DNA of 26,780 nt from an uncultured Erysipelotrichaceae bacterium (GTDB lineage Bacteria; Bacillota_I; Bacilli_A; Erysipelotrichales; Erysipelotrichaceae), in NCBI GenBank assembly GCA_964401865.1, contig CAYNZZ010000015.1:1-26780 (forward strand). Reading direction: 5' to 3'. Shown piece after piece: positions 18,136 through 26,328 of the stretch. The translations under genes and the position numbers were made by a program. A model generated the notes under the pieces. That model was not told the origin of the DNA. It saw nothing but the letters and a program-made list of their open reading frames with translations, and did no database searches. Each line of letters opens with the position of its first letter. The stretch's first letter is position 1.

Positions 18136-18152
18136 GTTTAGTTATACTAAAC
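18136..18152. promoter_or_regulatory. Perfect 7-3-7 palindrome, candidate operator
   Basis: GTTTAGT-TAT-ACTAAAC lies between the putative -10 and the RBS (AAGGAGGG, 18155-62) of the XRE-family regulator gene. Confidence 0.5.
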
Positions 18153-18168
18153 GAAAGGAGGGCATTTT

Positions 18169-18708
18169 GTGGATATAGGCAAAAGGATAAAATCTCTGCG
18201 AGTCAAGAACGGTCTTACTTTAGAAGAATTAGCTTCAAGAACAGAGTTAACCAAAGGGTTTTTATCACAATTAGAAAGAAATCTGACATCGCCAAGCATT
18301 AGCACTTTAGAAGATATTGTTGAAGTATTAGGTGTTTCGCTGGAAAACTTTTTCAAAGAAGAGAAAACAGCCAAAATATGTTTTGGGACTGATGATTACT
18401 TTATTGACGAGAAGGATGATTCTACTGTTACATGGCTTGTACCGAGTGCCCAAAAAAACGAGATGGAACCAATACTATTAAATTTGGCATGTAATGGTTC
18501 GTCACATGAAATAAAACCACATGAAGGTGAGGAACTGGCATATGTACTGAAGGGCAGGGTTGTCTTAAAAGATCTTACTAATAAAGTGGATTATGTACTG
18601 AAAAAAGGAGAAACCTTTTATATGAAAGGCGATTTCTGCCATATTATTATCAATGAGTCTGAACATGAAGCACAATTGCTTTGGGTTTGTACTCCACCGA
18701 TTTTTTAG
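18169..18708 (+). CDS. XRE-family HTH + cupin domain transcriptional regulator (PuuR-like architecture)
   Basis: The N-terminal sequence IKSLRVKNGLTLEELASRTELTKGFLSQLERN is an HTH_3 pattern. The C-terminal cupin beta-barrel pattern is HEGEELAYVLKGRV...GETFYM. The start is GTG, 7 nt after the RBS. Confidence 0.85.
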   Translation: MDIGKRIKSLRVKNGLTLEELASRTELTKGFLSQLERNLTSPSISTLEDIVEVLGVSLENFFKEEKTAKICFGTDDYFIDEKDDSTVTWLVPSAQKNEMEPILLNLACNGSSHEIKPHEGEELAYVLKGRVVLKDLTNKVDYVLKKGETFYMKGDFCHIIINESEHEAQLLWVCTPPIF

Positions 18709-18719
18709 GGGGTTAAAAA

Positions 18720-20294
18720 ATGAAAAAATTAATTGAATTTCGTAACATTGTTAAGGAGTTTGACGGCAACATTATCTTAAAGGGTATCAATCTAGATATT
18801 TATGAAAATGAATTTGTAACTTTGCTTGGTCCTTCTGGATGCGGAAAGACAACATTATTAAGAATATTGGGTGGATTTTTGGAACAGAATCAAGGTGAAG
18901 TGATTTTTGATGGGCAAGATATTTCTCCTGTTCCTGCATATAAAAGACCAATTAATACAGTATTTCAAAAATATGCGCTTTTCCCACATTTAAATGTATT
19001 TGAAAATGTTGCATTTGGGTTAAAGATTAAGAAAATGTCTAAAGATTTAATTAAACCAAAAGTTGAAAGAATGTTGCAGCTTGTAGGTTTAGAGGGCTTT
19101 GAGAATCGTGATGTAACTCTTTTATCAGGCGGTCAGCAGCAAAGAGTGGCCATTGCTAGAGCACTAGTCAATGAACCTGATGTATTGTTGCTAGATGAAC
19201 CGTTGGCTGCTCTTGATCATAAGCTAAGAAAAGAAATGCAACACGAGTTAAAGCGAATTCAAGAAGAAGTTGGCATCACTTTTATCTTTGTAACTCACGA
19301 CCAAGAAGAAGCGCTGACAATGTCTGATAAGATTGTCGTTATGCGTAACGGTGTCATCGAACAAGTTGGAACACCTATTGAAATTTATAATGAACCAATT
19401 AATGAATATGTTGCTAATTTTATTGGGGAGTCAAATATATTGGATGGTGTAATGAAAAAAGATTATCTTGTATCTTTTGACGATAAAGATTACGAGTGTG
19501 TTGACTTTGGATTTAAGACTAATGAGAAAGTTGATGTTGTTATCCGACCTGAAGATATTGACATCAAAGAAAAGGGTAAGGGTAAGCTTAATGGTCAAGT
19601 CATTTCGGTGTTATTTAAAGGTGTGCACTATGAAGTGGTAGTTGAAACTAAAAAAGGTGCGTCAAAAACCATTACATTGCATGTATTAAAAGACCGTGAT
19701 ATTGAGAATGCGGAAAAGAATGAAAAGATGCATGCCACAGACTTTACAATGGATATCGAAGATGTTGATAGCATTACCGATGAAGAAATTATCCAAAGAG
19801 CTAATGCTCAAGCGTGGGATAGCGAGACTAATGAAGATATATCTATTGCTTCACTTGAATATAATATTCAAGCTAATCCAGGTCGATATCCTGTGGTGTT
19901 TAAAACCCATAACGGAACATTCATTACTGCCAATGTCAATGTGGTTGAGCCAAAGATAAATAAAGATAAAGATTCTAACATCGGTATTCAAGCTTTTGAT
20001 GTATATAAGTCAGTTGATGAAATCAAAGAATCAATGGCCATCTCTTTTGATTTAAAGACATGGGCAGATGCTTATGCATGGAATTTAGATAGTGATGATG
20101 AAGTAGAGATTGATGATGTTCGTTTTGATTTTGATCCAAACGAAATAGAAGAAGGTGACTATCAAGTAACATTCTTAACAATGGGTAGAGAATATAAAAT
20201 TCACACCACCGATAAACAAGAAGAAGGCAGTATTGTATCAATTGATTTTGGGGCTGAGGACATTCATGTAATGTCTAAGATGGTGCAAGGATAA
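18720..20294 (+). CDS. potA: Spermidine/putrescine ABC transporter ATPase PotA, with a ~175-aa insertion in the C-terminal regulatory domain
   Basis: Walker A is GPSGCGKTT, the signature is LSGGQQQR and Walker B is LLLDEP. The post-NBD sequence [12 protein letters not shown] is PotA/CysA-like. It is followed by potB, potC and potD. At 524 aa it is far longer than the 378-aa E. coli PotA. Confidence 0.9.
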   Translation: MKKLIEFRNIVKEFDGNIILKGINLDIYENEFVTLLGPSGCGKTTLLRILGGFLEQNQGEVIFDGQDISPVPAYKRPINTVFQKYALFPHLNVFENVAFGLKIKKMSKDLIKPKVERMLQLVGLEGFENRDVTLLSGGQQQRVAIARALVNEPDVLLLDEPLAALDHKLRKEMQHELKRIQEEVGITFIFVTHDQEEALTMSDKIVVMRNGVIEQVGTPIEIYNEPINEYVANFIGESNILDGVMKKDYLVSFDDKDYECVDFGFKTNEKVDVVIRPEDIDIKEKGKGKLNGQVISVLFKGVHYEVVVETKKGASKTITLHVLKDRDIENAEKNEKMHATDFTMDIEDVDSITDEEIIQRANAQAWDSETNEDISIASLEYNIQANPGRYPVVFKTHNGTFITANVNVVEPKINKDKDSNIGIQAFDVYKSVDEIKESMAISFDLKTWADAYAWNLDSDDEVEIDDVRFDFDPNEIEEGDYQVTFLTMGREYKIHTTDKQEEGSIVSIDFGAEDIHVMSKMVQG

Positions 20295-21073
20295 TGAAAA
20301 GCTTTCGTCGTTTAGTTTATCCATATATTGTGTGGTCATCTATTTTCATTGTGATACCGATGCTGCTCATTGTGATGTATGCATTCACAAAAGAGGGTAA
20401 TTCAACATTGACTTTAAATTTCACAATCGATAATTTTGTACGCTTTTTTCAAGATCAGATTTTTATTCAGGTATTATTGCGCTCGTTTAAATTGGCCGTT
20501 GTCACAACGATTATATGTATTATAATTGGTTATCCCTGTGCGTATTTCATTGCATCGCTAAAACCTAACAGCCAAGGAATTATGGTTTTACTTGTTACTT
20601 TGCCAATGTGGATTAATATGCTTGTAAGAACATATGCGTGGCGTGGCATTTTATTGACCAGTGGTTTTCCTGAAGAAGTGAAGGTTTATATCGGTATGGT
20701 ATATAACTTCTTGCCTTTTATGATATTGCAGATTTATACTTCACTATCTAAAATGGATAAGAGTTTACTTACAGCGGCTGAAGATTTAGGCTGTAAACCG
20801 CATGAAGTATTTACAAAAGTCATTTTCCCACTTTCAATTCCCGGTGTTATTTCGGGCATCACATTAGTATTTTTGCCGGCCGTATCATCATTCTTTATCC
20901 CTAAACTTCTAGGTGGAGGAAGTTACGTATTGATTGGCAACTTGATTGAAAACTATTTTGTGACAACAGGCGATTGGAATTTTGGCAGTGCGATTTCTTT
21001 AATTATGACTGTGCTAATTCTAATTTCTATGTACTTTACTCGCAAATTTGACTATGACAAGGAGGCTAGATAA
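20294..21073 (+). CDS. potB: Spermidine/putrescine ABC transporter permease PotB
   Basis: Six-TM MetI-like permease with an EAA-type loop (LTAAEDLGCKPHEVFTKVIFPLSIPG). The position after potA fits potB. Confidence 0.9.
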   Translation: MKSFRRLVYPYIVWSSIFIVIPMLLIVMYAFTKEGNSTLTLNFTIDNFVRFFQDQIFIQVLLRSFKLAVVTTIICIIIGYPCAYFIASLKPNSQGIMVLLVTLPMWINMLVRTYAWRGILLTSGFPEEVKVYIGMVYNFLPFMILQIYTSLSKMDKSLLTAAEDLGCKPHEVFTKVIFPLSIPGVISGITLVFLPAVSSFFIPKLLGGGSYVLIGNLIENYFVTTGDWNFGSAISLIMTVLILISMYFTRKFDYDKEAR

Positions 21074-21867
21074 TGAAAAAGAAAATATTTCCTAAGTTAT
21101 ATTTATGTATTATGATGGCGTTCTTTTATCTGCCTATCATTTATGTCATTGTCTTTTCATTTAATAACACTAGATCACTTAGCAATTTCACTGGTTTTTC
21201 TTTGCGTTGGTATGAACAGATGCTACGTAATAGAACAATGATGGAATCAATTTATTACACGATTATCATTGCTATTTTGGCTACAGTTATTTCAACTATT
21301 GTTGGGACTTTGACGGCTATCGGTTTGAGCAGATCAAAAAGAATTATCAAAGAGTCGATAACGCAAGTAAATAATTTACCAATGTTGAACCCTGAGATTG
21401 TAACGGCTATCGGGTTGATGTTGTTCTTCACTTCGCTTAATGTTCAATTTGGCTTTGGAACTCTATTAATTGCGCATATTATCTTTTGTATCCCTTATGT
21501 AATATTGTCAATTATGCCAAAGCTTAGACAATTAGATGACAATTTGGCGGAAGCAGCTCTAGATTTGGGATGTACTCCGTTTCAGGCTTTAATAAAAGTT
21601 ATAATCCCTCAAATAATGCCAGGAATTGTATCAGGCGCTTTGATTGCATTTACAATGTCATTTGATGATTTTGTAATTTCATACTTTGTAACAGGACCGG
21701 GTATTAATAATATTTCTACATATGTATATTCTTCGGTAAAAAGAATAAATCCTAGTGTTAATGCACTATCTACAATTATTGTTTTGGGAATTACTGTTGT
21801 GCTGATTATGGTGAATGTTATTCCTTTAATTAGAGAGAGGAAAAAGAAAAATGAAGCGAGTTATTAG
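21073..21867 (+). CDS. potC: Spermidine/putrescine ABC transporter permease PotC
   Basis: The EAA loop is LAEAALDLGCTPFQALIKVIIPQIMPG. The start overlaps the potB stop (ATAATG). Confidence 0.9.
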   Translation: MKKKIFPKLYLCIMMAFFYLPIIYVIVFSFNNTRSLSNFTGFSLRWYEQMLRNRTMMESIYYTIIIAILATVISTIVGTLTAIGLSRSKRIIKESITQVNNLPMLNPEIVTAIGLMLFFTSLNVQFGFGTLLIAHIIFCIPYVILSIMPKLRQLDDNLAEAALDLGCTPFQALIKVIIPQIMPGIVSGALIAFTMSFDDFVISYFVTGPGINNISTYVYSSVKRINPSVNALSTIIVLGITVVLIMVNVIPLIRERKKKNEASY

Positions 21868-22921
21868 TGTTTTATTAGCTGCCTTGTTGCTTGGTGGATG
21901 TTTCAATGGCGCATCACAAAGTGAAGCATTAGAAAAGTATGGCTGCAATGTTATCAATGTATATAACTGGGGTGAATACATCGGTGAAGAAGTAATTTCT
22001 AATTTTGAATATCGTTATGGTGCTAGAGTAAACTATTCGTTATTTGCATCCAATGAAGAAATGTACACAAAACTTCTGGGTGGTTCAAAGTATGATATTA
22101 TCATTCCTTCTGATTACATGATCGAAAAACTATTAGAAGAAAATATGCTTCAGAAATTGGATAAATCAATGATAACAAATATTGGTTATCTATATGAAGG
22201 TGTATTAAATAAATCTTATGATTTAGACAACAGTTATTCTATTCCTTATTTTTGGGGAAATGTTGGAATAGTATATGATACTACAATTATCGATAGCAAA
22301 GATGTTGAAAGAGAAGGCTGGGAAGTTTTAAGAAATGAAAAGTATCGTGGCATGATTTATATGTATGATTCTGAACGCGATAGTTTTATGGTGGCATTAA
22401 AAGCTCTTGGTTACTCAATGAATACTGAAGATGAAAATGAATTGAATGAAGCATATGAGTGGTTATCCGAACTACATAGAAGAATGAATCCTGCCTATGT
22501 TACTGATGAAGCAATCGATGGCTTGATTTATGGTGAAAAAGCCATGGGTGTGATGTATAGTGGTGATGCTGCCTACATATTAAGTGAAAATGAAAATATG
22601 GCATATTATGTTCCTTGGCAGGGCACTAATGTCTGGAATGATGCTATGGTTATTCCGGCGAATGCTAACTGTCCAAAATTAGCTAATGAATTCATTAATT
22701 ACATATTGGAATATGATGCATCATATGATAATAGCTCGTATGTTGGATATGCTTCGGCTAATGCTGAAGTATTGAGAGATATGTCAGCTGAGTATGGTGA
22801 TTATTATGAAAACGATGCATATCTCCCAGATATTAGTAATCCTAAAAATGAAGTATTCCATAATAACGGCAAGACAAGAAGAATATTATCAGAGTTGTGG
22901 ACAAAAGTTAAAAATCAATAG
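21851..22921 (+). CDS. potD: Spermidine/putrescine-binding lipoprotein PotD
   Basis: The signal peptide has the lipobox LLGGC. The PotD-like sequence is INVYNWGEYI...IIPSDYMIEKL...IPYFWG. It is the last gene of the pot cluster. Confidence 0.9.
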   Translation: MKRVISVLLAALLLGGCFNGASQSEALEKYGCNVINVYNWGEYIGEEVISNFEYRYGARVNYSLFASNEEMYTKLLGGSKYDIIIPSDYMIEKLLEENMLQKLDKSMITNIGYLYEGVLNKSYDLDNSYSIPYFWGNVGIVYDTTIIDSKDVEREGWEVLRNEKYRGMIYMYDSERDSFMVALKALGYSMNTEDENELNEAYEWLSELHRRMNPAYVTDEAIDGLIYGEKAMGVMYSGDAAYILSENENMAYYVPWQGTNVWNDAMVIPANANCPKLANEFINYILEYDASYDNSSYVGYASANAEVLRDMSAEYGDYYENDAYLPDISNPKNEVFHNNGKTRRILSELWTKVKNQ

Positions 22922-22940
22922 GTTTTAAAAGGGTTTTAGA

Positions 22941-22969
22941 TTGACATTAAAGTCTAACTACGCTAGAAT
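22941..22969 (+). promoter_or_regulatory. Near-consensus sigma-A promoter of rplM-rpsI
   Basis: TTGACA (22941-46), an exact 17-nt spacer, then TAGAAT (22964-69). Confidence 0.75.
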
Positions 22970-23025
22970 CTAAGATGACCTTATCTTATTTATGTAGCCC
23001 CGGAAACTACAGGAAAGAGGTAAAT

Positions 23026-23454
23026 ATGCGTCAAACAACATTATTAAAACCAGCAGATGTAAAAAAAGAATGGTATATTGTTGATGCTAGTGGAATGACT
23101 TTGGGACGTCTAGCTACTAAGGTAGCAAATGTTTTAAGAGGAAAACACAAGCCAACATTTACACCAAATGTCGACTGTGGTGATTATGTAATCATCATCA
23201 ATGCCGCTGAAGTTGTATATAGTGGTGATCAAGAAGAAAAGAAATTCTACTATCAACACTCAATGTACCCAGGTGGATTAAGAACTAGAAGTATTGGTTT
23301 AATGAAGAGAGAGTATCCAGTTGAATTAGTGGAAAAGGCTGTACACGGCATGCTTCCACATAATAAACTTGGTGATCGTATGCGTGGTCACTTATTTGTT
23401 TACGAAGGTAGTGAACATCCACATCAAGCTCAAAAGCCAATGGAGCTTAAGTAG
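23026..23454 (+). CDS. rplM: 50S ribosomal protein L13
   Basis: MRQTTLLKPADVKKEWYIVDASGMTLGRLAT is the canonical L13 start. The RBS GAAAGAGG precedes the ATG at 23026. The ORF-track extension from 22975 would begin inside the 5' leader, just downstream of the -10. Confidence 0.95.
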   Translation: MRQTTLLKPADVKKEWYIVDASGMTLGRLATKVANVLRGKHKPTFTPNVDCGDYVIIINAAEVVYSGDQEEKKFYYQHSMYPGGLRTRSIGLMKREYPVELVEKAVHGMLPHNKLGDRMRGHLFVYEGSEHPHQAQKPMELK

Positions 23455-23469
23455 TAAGGAGTATTAGAG

Positions 23470-23874
23470 ATGGCTAAAAAGAAATCAAATATAACTTATC
23501 TTGGTACTGGTAGACGTAAGTCATCAGTAGCACGTGTTTACTTAACTCCAGGTACTGGAAAAATCACTGTAGGTGATAAAACTCTTGAACAATACTTACC
23601 ACAAGAAATTTTACGTATGGTTGTAAAATCTCCGCTTGTTCTTACAAACACTGAAGGACAATACGATGTTTATATCAATGTTTATGGCGGTGGCTTCACT
23701 GGTCAAGCAGGAGCTATGCGTCATGGTATCGCTAGAGCATTGTTAGAAGTTGGCGAAGACTATCGTCCAGTTCTTAAACAAGCTGGTTTCTTAACTCGTG
23801 ACTCTCGTTGCAAAGAACGTAAGAAATACGGCTTACACGGTGCAAGAAGAGCTCCACAATTCTCGAAGCGTTAA
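23470..23874 (+). CDS. rpsI: 30S ribosomal protein S9
   Basis: The sequence [21 protein letters not shown]...[16 protein letters not shown]......LTRD.R.KERKKYG...[10 protein letters not shown] is the S9 signature. Confidence 0.95.
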   Translation: MAKKKSNITYLGTGRRKSSVARVYLTPGTGKITVGDKTLEQYLPQEILRMVVKSPLVLTNTEGQYDVYINVYGGGFTGQAGAMRHGIARALLEVGEDYRPVLKQAGFLTRDSRCKERKKYGLHGARRAPQFSKR

Positions 23875-23899
23875 TCAATTTTATCGTCAAGAGATACCA

Positions 23900-23935
23900 A
23901 GATCACTCATTTGTTTGGGTGGTCTTTTTCTTTTG
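23900..23935 (+). terminator. Rho-independent terminator after rpsI
   Basis: AGATCAC (23900-06) pairs with GTGGTCT (23919-25), including one G-U pair. It is followed by TTTTCTTTT. Confidence 0.6.
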
Positions 23936-23943
23936 TATAAGAA

Positions 23944-23968
23944 AAGACAGATTTATTAAATTTGTCTT
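23944..23968 (-). terminator. Convergent terminator for the minus-strand ATPase/remnant transcript
   Basis: AAGACA (23944-49) pairs with TGTCTT (23963-68). On the minus strand the stem is followed by TTTTCTT. Confidence 0.5.
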
Positions 23969-24046
23969 GATGATTAACTCGACAAATTAGAATCTGTTTA
24001 TATCTTTCATTTAGATAAAAATGTCTATTTATACGTTTTAACTAAT

Positions 24047-24298
24047 CTATGATTTATATGTAGCATATATGCTATTTGTTCCTACAACAGAGACAAAACC
24101 TATTGATTCAAGCATTTCGACTTCATCATAACTACTGACATCAACCAAAACCATCATTTTTTTAGGTTTATTCATTTTAATCGCTGCTTGCAACAAGGCT
24201 TGCTCATATCCCTTATCTTGAAATTCATTATCTACCCATAAGTCATATGGTTCATTCCTTTCATAGCAGTATGTTACATCAATATAGCCAACGACCTT
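24047..24298 (-). pseudogene. C-terminal fragment of a GNAT-family N-acetyltransferase (no start; 5' part missing)
   Basis: Minus-strand frame: KVVGYIDVTYCYERNEPYDLWVDNEFQDKGYEQALLQAAIKMNKPKKMMVLVDVSSYDEVEMLESIGFVSVVGTNSIYATYKS*. The 'GY...V....Q.KGYg..Ll..a' core (motif A region) is GNAT-like. An in-frame TAA lies immediately upstream (24299-24301). Confidence 0.55.
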
Positions 24299-24305
24299 TT
24301 ATTCA

Positions 24306-24401
24306 TTATATAGCAAGGCCAAAGTTTGGCACTGGTACATATTCATCGGCCAAATCTTTATAAAATTCACGCTTTAAGACAGTAATCTTACATTTTGTCA
24401 T
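24306..24401 (-). pseudogene. 31-codon N-terminal fragment resembling the TIGR04076 small-protein family
   Basis: The fragment has an ATG with the RBS GAGGCGGG upstream. It reads MTKCKITVLKREFYKDLADEYVPVPNFGLAI*. The 'M.K.KITVLK..f..DLa.EY' opening is as I recall for TIGR04076. It stops where the Cys-containing core should begin and abuts the GNAT fragment. Confidence 0.4.
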
Positions 24402-24466
24402 GTTATCCCGCCTCAAATAAAAACTTTTGTTTAAATTAGTGTTTATCCTTCTCTTTAAAGTGTTCA

Positions 24467-25750
24467 TTAATCTCTCAAACAACCTAGTGGAATAACAAAA
24501 ACACCATCTTCGCGCCTGTAACCATATTGAGTACCTGTGATTACCATTTTTAGATCAGGCAATCGTAATGGTGTTTGAGTTTCCGTTTTGTTATACTCTT
24601 TAATTAGGCTTTCTATTTTGCATAAGTGTTTTGCTCCTTCATCAACCTCGCTCTGTCCAAGTTTTATTTCAATAAGAGCATATCTTCCATCGTCAAGATG
24701 CAGTACGGCATCTGCTTCTAGACCGTATCTGTCATGGTAGTAGGAGACGGTCCCATTGCCCGAAGACGAGTATATCTTCAGGTCCCTGATACATAGGGAT
24801 TCAAAAAGAAAACCGAGAGTTTTGTAGTCGTTCGCAAAGTATTCAGGTGAAACTCCAAGTGCAGCCGCTGCAATTGATGGATCGATAACATTCCTTTTCC
24901 TGGAGGAACGGATGGCAGTCTTGGAACGTATGGAAGGGCACCATGCATCTACATCTTCTATGATCATCAGTTTCTCAAGAGCAGAAATATATTCGTAATA
25001 TGTCGGCTTCGACATTTCACATGTTGAAACGATATCTCCAAAAATGGTTTTGGTTTCTGCCATGGTACAGAGGTTCCTTGAATAGGACCTGAGCATCGTT
25101 CTGGCCCACAGGGGGTTTCTCTTTACATGATCAATATTTGAAATATCGATTTCGCATGTCTGGCTGAACAGATCCTTGGCGATTGCAAGCTTCGCTCTGT
25201 CTGTCTGAGCTTTAAGGCTTCCTGGCCATCCACCTCTGCATATTGCAAACTTAATTCTATCAATTGTCAGGTCTGAACGACATCCGCTAAATGATTCAGG
25301 GTTATTAAACAGCGCATGCAAAGAAACAGACCCGTTTGATTCACCGCTTTCAAAAAGGCTCATGGGATACATCTTCATCCTTGATATTCTGAGTGTGCCA
25401 GTATGAGACGTATCTACTGCTGCTGAACTTGAACCTGTCAGAATATACCGGCCAACTTCGCCTGAATCATCAACATCCTTTCGAATTGCACCCCAGATTT
25501 TTGGCGCATCTTGCCACTCATCAAAAAGACGAGGCTTGTCTCCAATCAGCAAATCAGATGGATGCGTATTGGCAATTAAGAGGTAGTTTTCTCTTTCGTC
25601 TTCATCCTGGAATTCAACATAGCTTTTTGCCTGTTGCTTGGCTGTTGTTGTTTTCCCGCATCCTTTTGGACCGACAATCAGTGCAGCTCCAAAGGCTTCC
25701 AGTTTTAACTTCAACAGTTCATCAGAGATCCTTGGTTTATAGTCTTTCAT
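24467..25750 (-). CDS. AAA+ ATPase (AAA_14-type) with C-terminal DUF4143 / PD-(D/E)xK-like domain (COG1373 family)
   Basis: 427 aa. Walker A is GPKGCGKTT (K33) and Walker B is RLFDEWQ. The family motifs ILTGSS, YPMSLFE, RGGWPG and LGFLFESLCIRDL are present. The C-terminus GLEADAVLHLDDGRYALIEIKLG has a D...E-x-K arrangement. The strong RBS AAGGAGG lies 8 nt before the ATG. Sampled lines are about 43-50% G+C, against about 32% in the core genes. Confidence 0.85.
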   Translation of the reverse strand: MKDYKPRISDELLKLKLEAFGAALIVGPKGCGKTTTAKQQAKSYVEFQDEDERENYLLIANTHPSDLLIGDKPRLFDEWQDAPKIWGAIRKDVDDSGEVGRYILTGSSSAAVDTSHTGTLRISRMKMYPMSLFESGESNGSVSLHALFNNPESFSGCRSDLTIDRIKFAICRGGWPGSLKAQTDRAKLAIAKDLFSQTCEIDISNIDHVKRNPLWARTMLRSYSRNLCTMAETKTIFGDIVSTCEMSKPTYYEYISALEKLMIIEDVDAWCPSIRSKTAIRSSRKRNVIDPSIAAAALGVSPEYFANDYKTLGFLFESLCIRDLKIYSSSGNGTVSYYHDRYGLEADAVLHLDDGRYALIEIKLGQSEVDEGAKHLCKIESLIKEYNKTETQTPLRLPDLKMVITGTQYGYRREDGVFVIPLGCLRD

Positions 25751-25772
25751 ACCCGTTGCCTCCTTTAACTGG

Positions 25773-25801
25773 ATAGTATACTAATTTAACACATTTGTCA
25801 A
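25773..25801 (-). promoter_or_regulatory. Putative promoter of the ATPase gene
   Basis: The minus strand reads TTGACA (25801-25796), then 17 nt, then TACTAT (25778-25773). Alternatively TATACT follows with a 15-nt spacer. This is about 25 nt upstream of the RBS and overlaps repeat copy 1. Confidence 0.5.
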
Positions 25802-25878
25802 TTTATATTTAATAGATTTGCGGTAAAAAAGCTAACACATTTGTGCAATATAATGTAACATATTTGTGATAGCGGACT
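25787..25878. repeat. Four direct repeats in exact 23-bp phase (12-nt conserved core TAACACATTTGT + 11-nt variable part)
   Basis: The core starts are 25787 (TAACACATTTGT), 25810 (TAATAGATTTGC, 9/12), 25833 (TAACACATTTGT, 12/12) and 25856 (TAACATATTTGT, 11/12). The core contains the near-palindrome CACA-TT-TGTG. Confidence 0.7.
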
Positions 25879-26110
25879 TCTCGCCAACTTGGCGAAAAGA
25901 AATGCGAGAGAGTAATTTCTGGAAGTCTGGACAAAATTTGCAGATGTGGCTGTGGTAGGGGGCAATAAAGACACAATAAGATTACAAACCCTTTTCTATC
26001 CATATGAATTGTGCGAAATATAAGGCAATTTTTGATTTTTCCTTTATTGAAAGTCGTGCGCTAAATTTAACGAAGCGTTAATTTATCGTTTGTCAGAGAG
26101 AAATTCAAAG

Positions 26111-26167
26111 AAACTCAAATCGTCAAAAGCCCTTATTTATTGGCTAAAACTCGATTTGAGTTTTTTT
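26111..26167 (+). terminator. Large terminator-like hairpin with no associated ORF
   Basis: AAACTCAAATCG (26111-22) pairs perfectly with CGATTTGAGTTT (26152-63). An inner AGCC/GGCT stem is present. A T7 run follows (26161-67). Confidence 0.55.
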
Positions 26168-26278
26168 ATGTTTGTATAGAATTAAAACGGTATGCAACAA
26201 AGTTCTTCACCACAGTTCTTAAATATGCAACAAAAATATATGTTCGTTGAAAACTTGAGGAGAATATTATCGCTTAAT

Positions 26279-26307
26279 AAAAGCCGATCACTATTAATCG
26301 GCTTTTT
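26279..26307. terminator. Bidirectional-type terminator hairpin just left of the IS200-like element
   Basis: AAAAGCCGAT (26279-88) pairs with ATCGGCTTTT (26297-306) across an 8-nt loop. An A-run lies upstream and a T-run downstream. Confidence 0.6.
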
Positions 26308-26328
26308 AATACATTCATGTCAATAAAT

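Noticed and set aside
22975-23025. In-frame N-terminal extensions of rplM (from 22975), ptsH (from 13277), rpsF (from 4423), the EIICB gene (from 2323) and rplI (from 8412).
   Set aside because: The extensions overlap promoter or leader sequences or lack an RBS. The downstream ATGs have good Shine-Dalgarno spacing and give canonical protein N-termini.
1365-25776. Short ORFs nested in or antisense to well-supported genes. They are 1365-1577, 3603-3866, 4715-4903, 5113-5295, 6098-6295, 6981-7199, 7532-7729, 8127-8321, 9385-9618, 10680-10871, 11263-11679, 12323-12529, 13168-13416, 13504-13698, 18147-18374, 19696-19959, 20023-20241 and 25393-25776.
   Set aside because: Each lies within or largely overlaps a longer ORF that has clear family motifs. 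None has an RBS or a recognisable motif. They are expected by chance in AT-rich DNA.
25787-25878. Possibility that the phased repeats are a small CRISPR array.
   Set aside because: Only a 12-nt core is conserved and the unit length is 23 bp. There are four copies, one of them degenerate. No cas genes or leader are present, and the array overlaps a promoter.
25809-26003. 64-aa minus-strand ORF upstream of the ATPase gene.
   Set aside because: It has no Shine-Dalgarno sequence and odd Cys/Pro/Leu-rich composition. It runs through the repeat array and promoter, so it is more likely non-coding.
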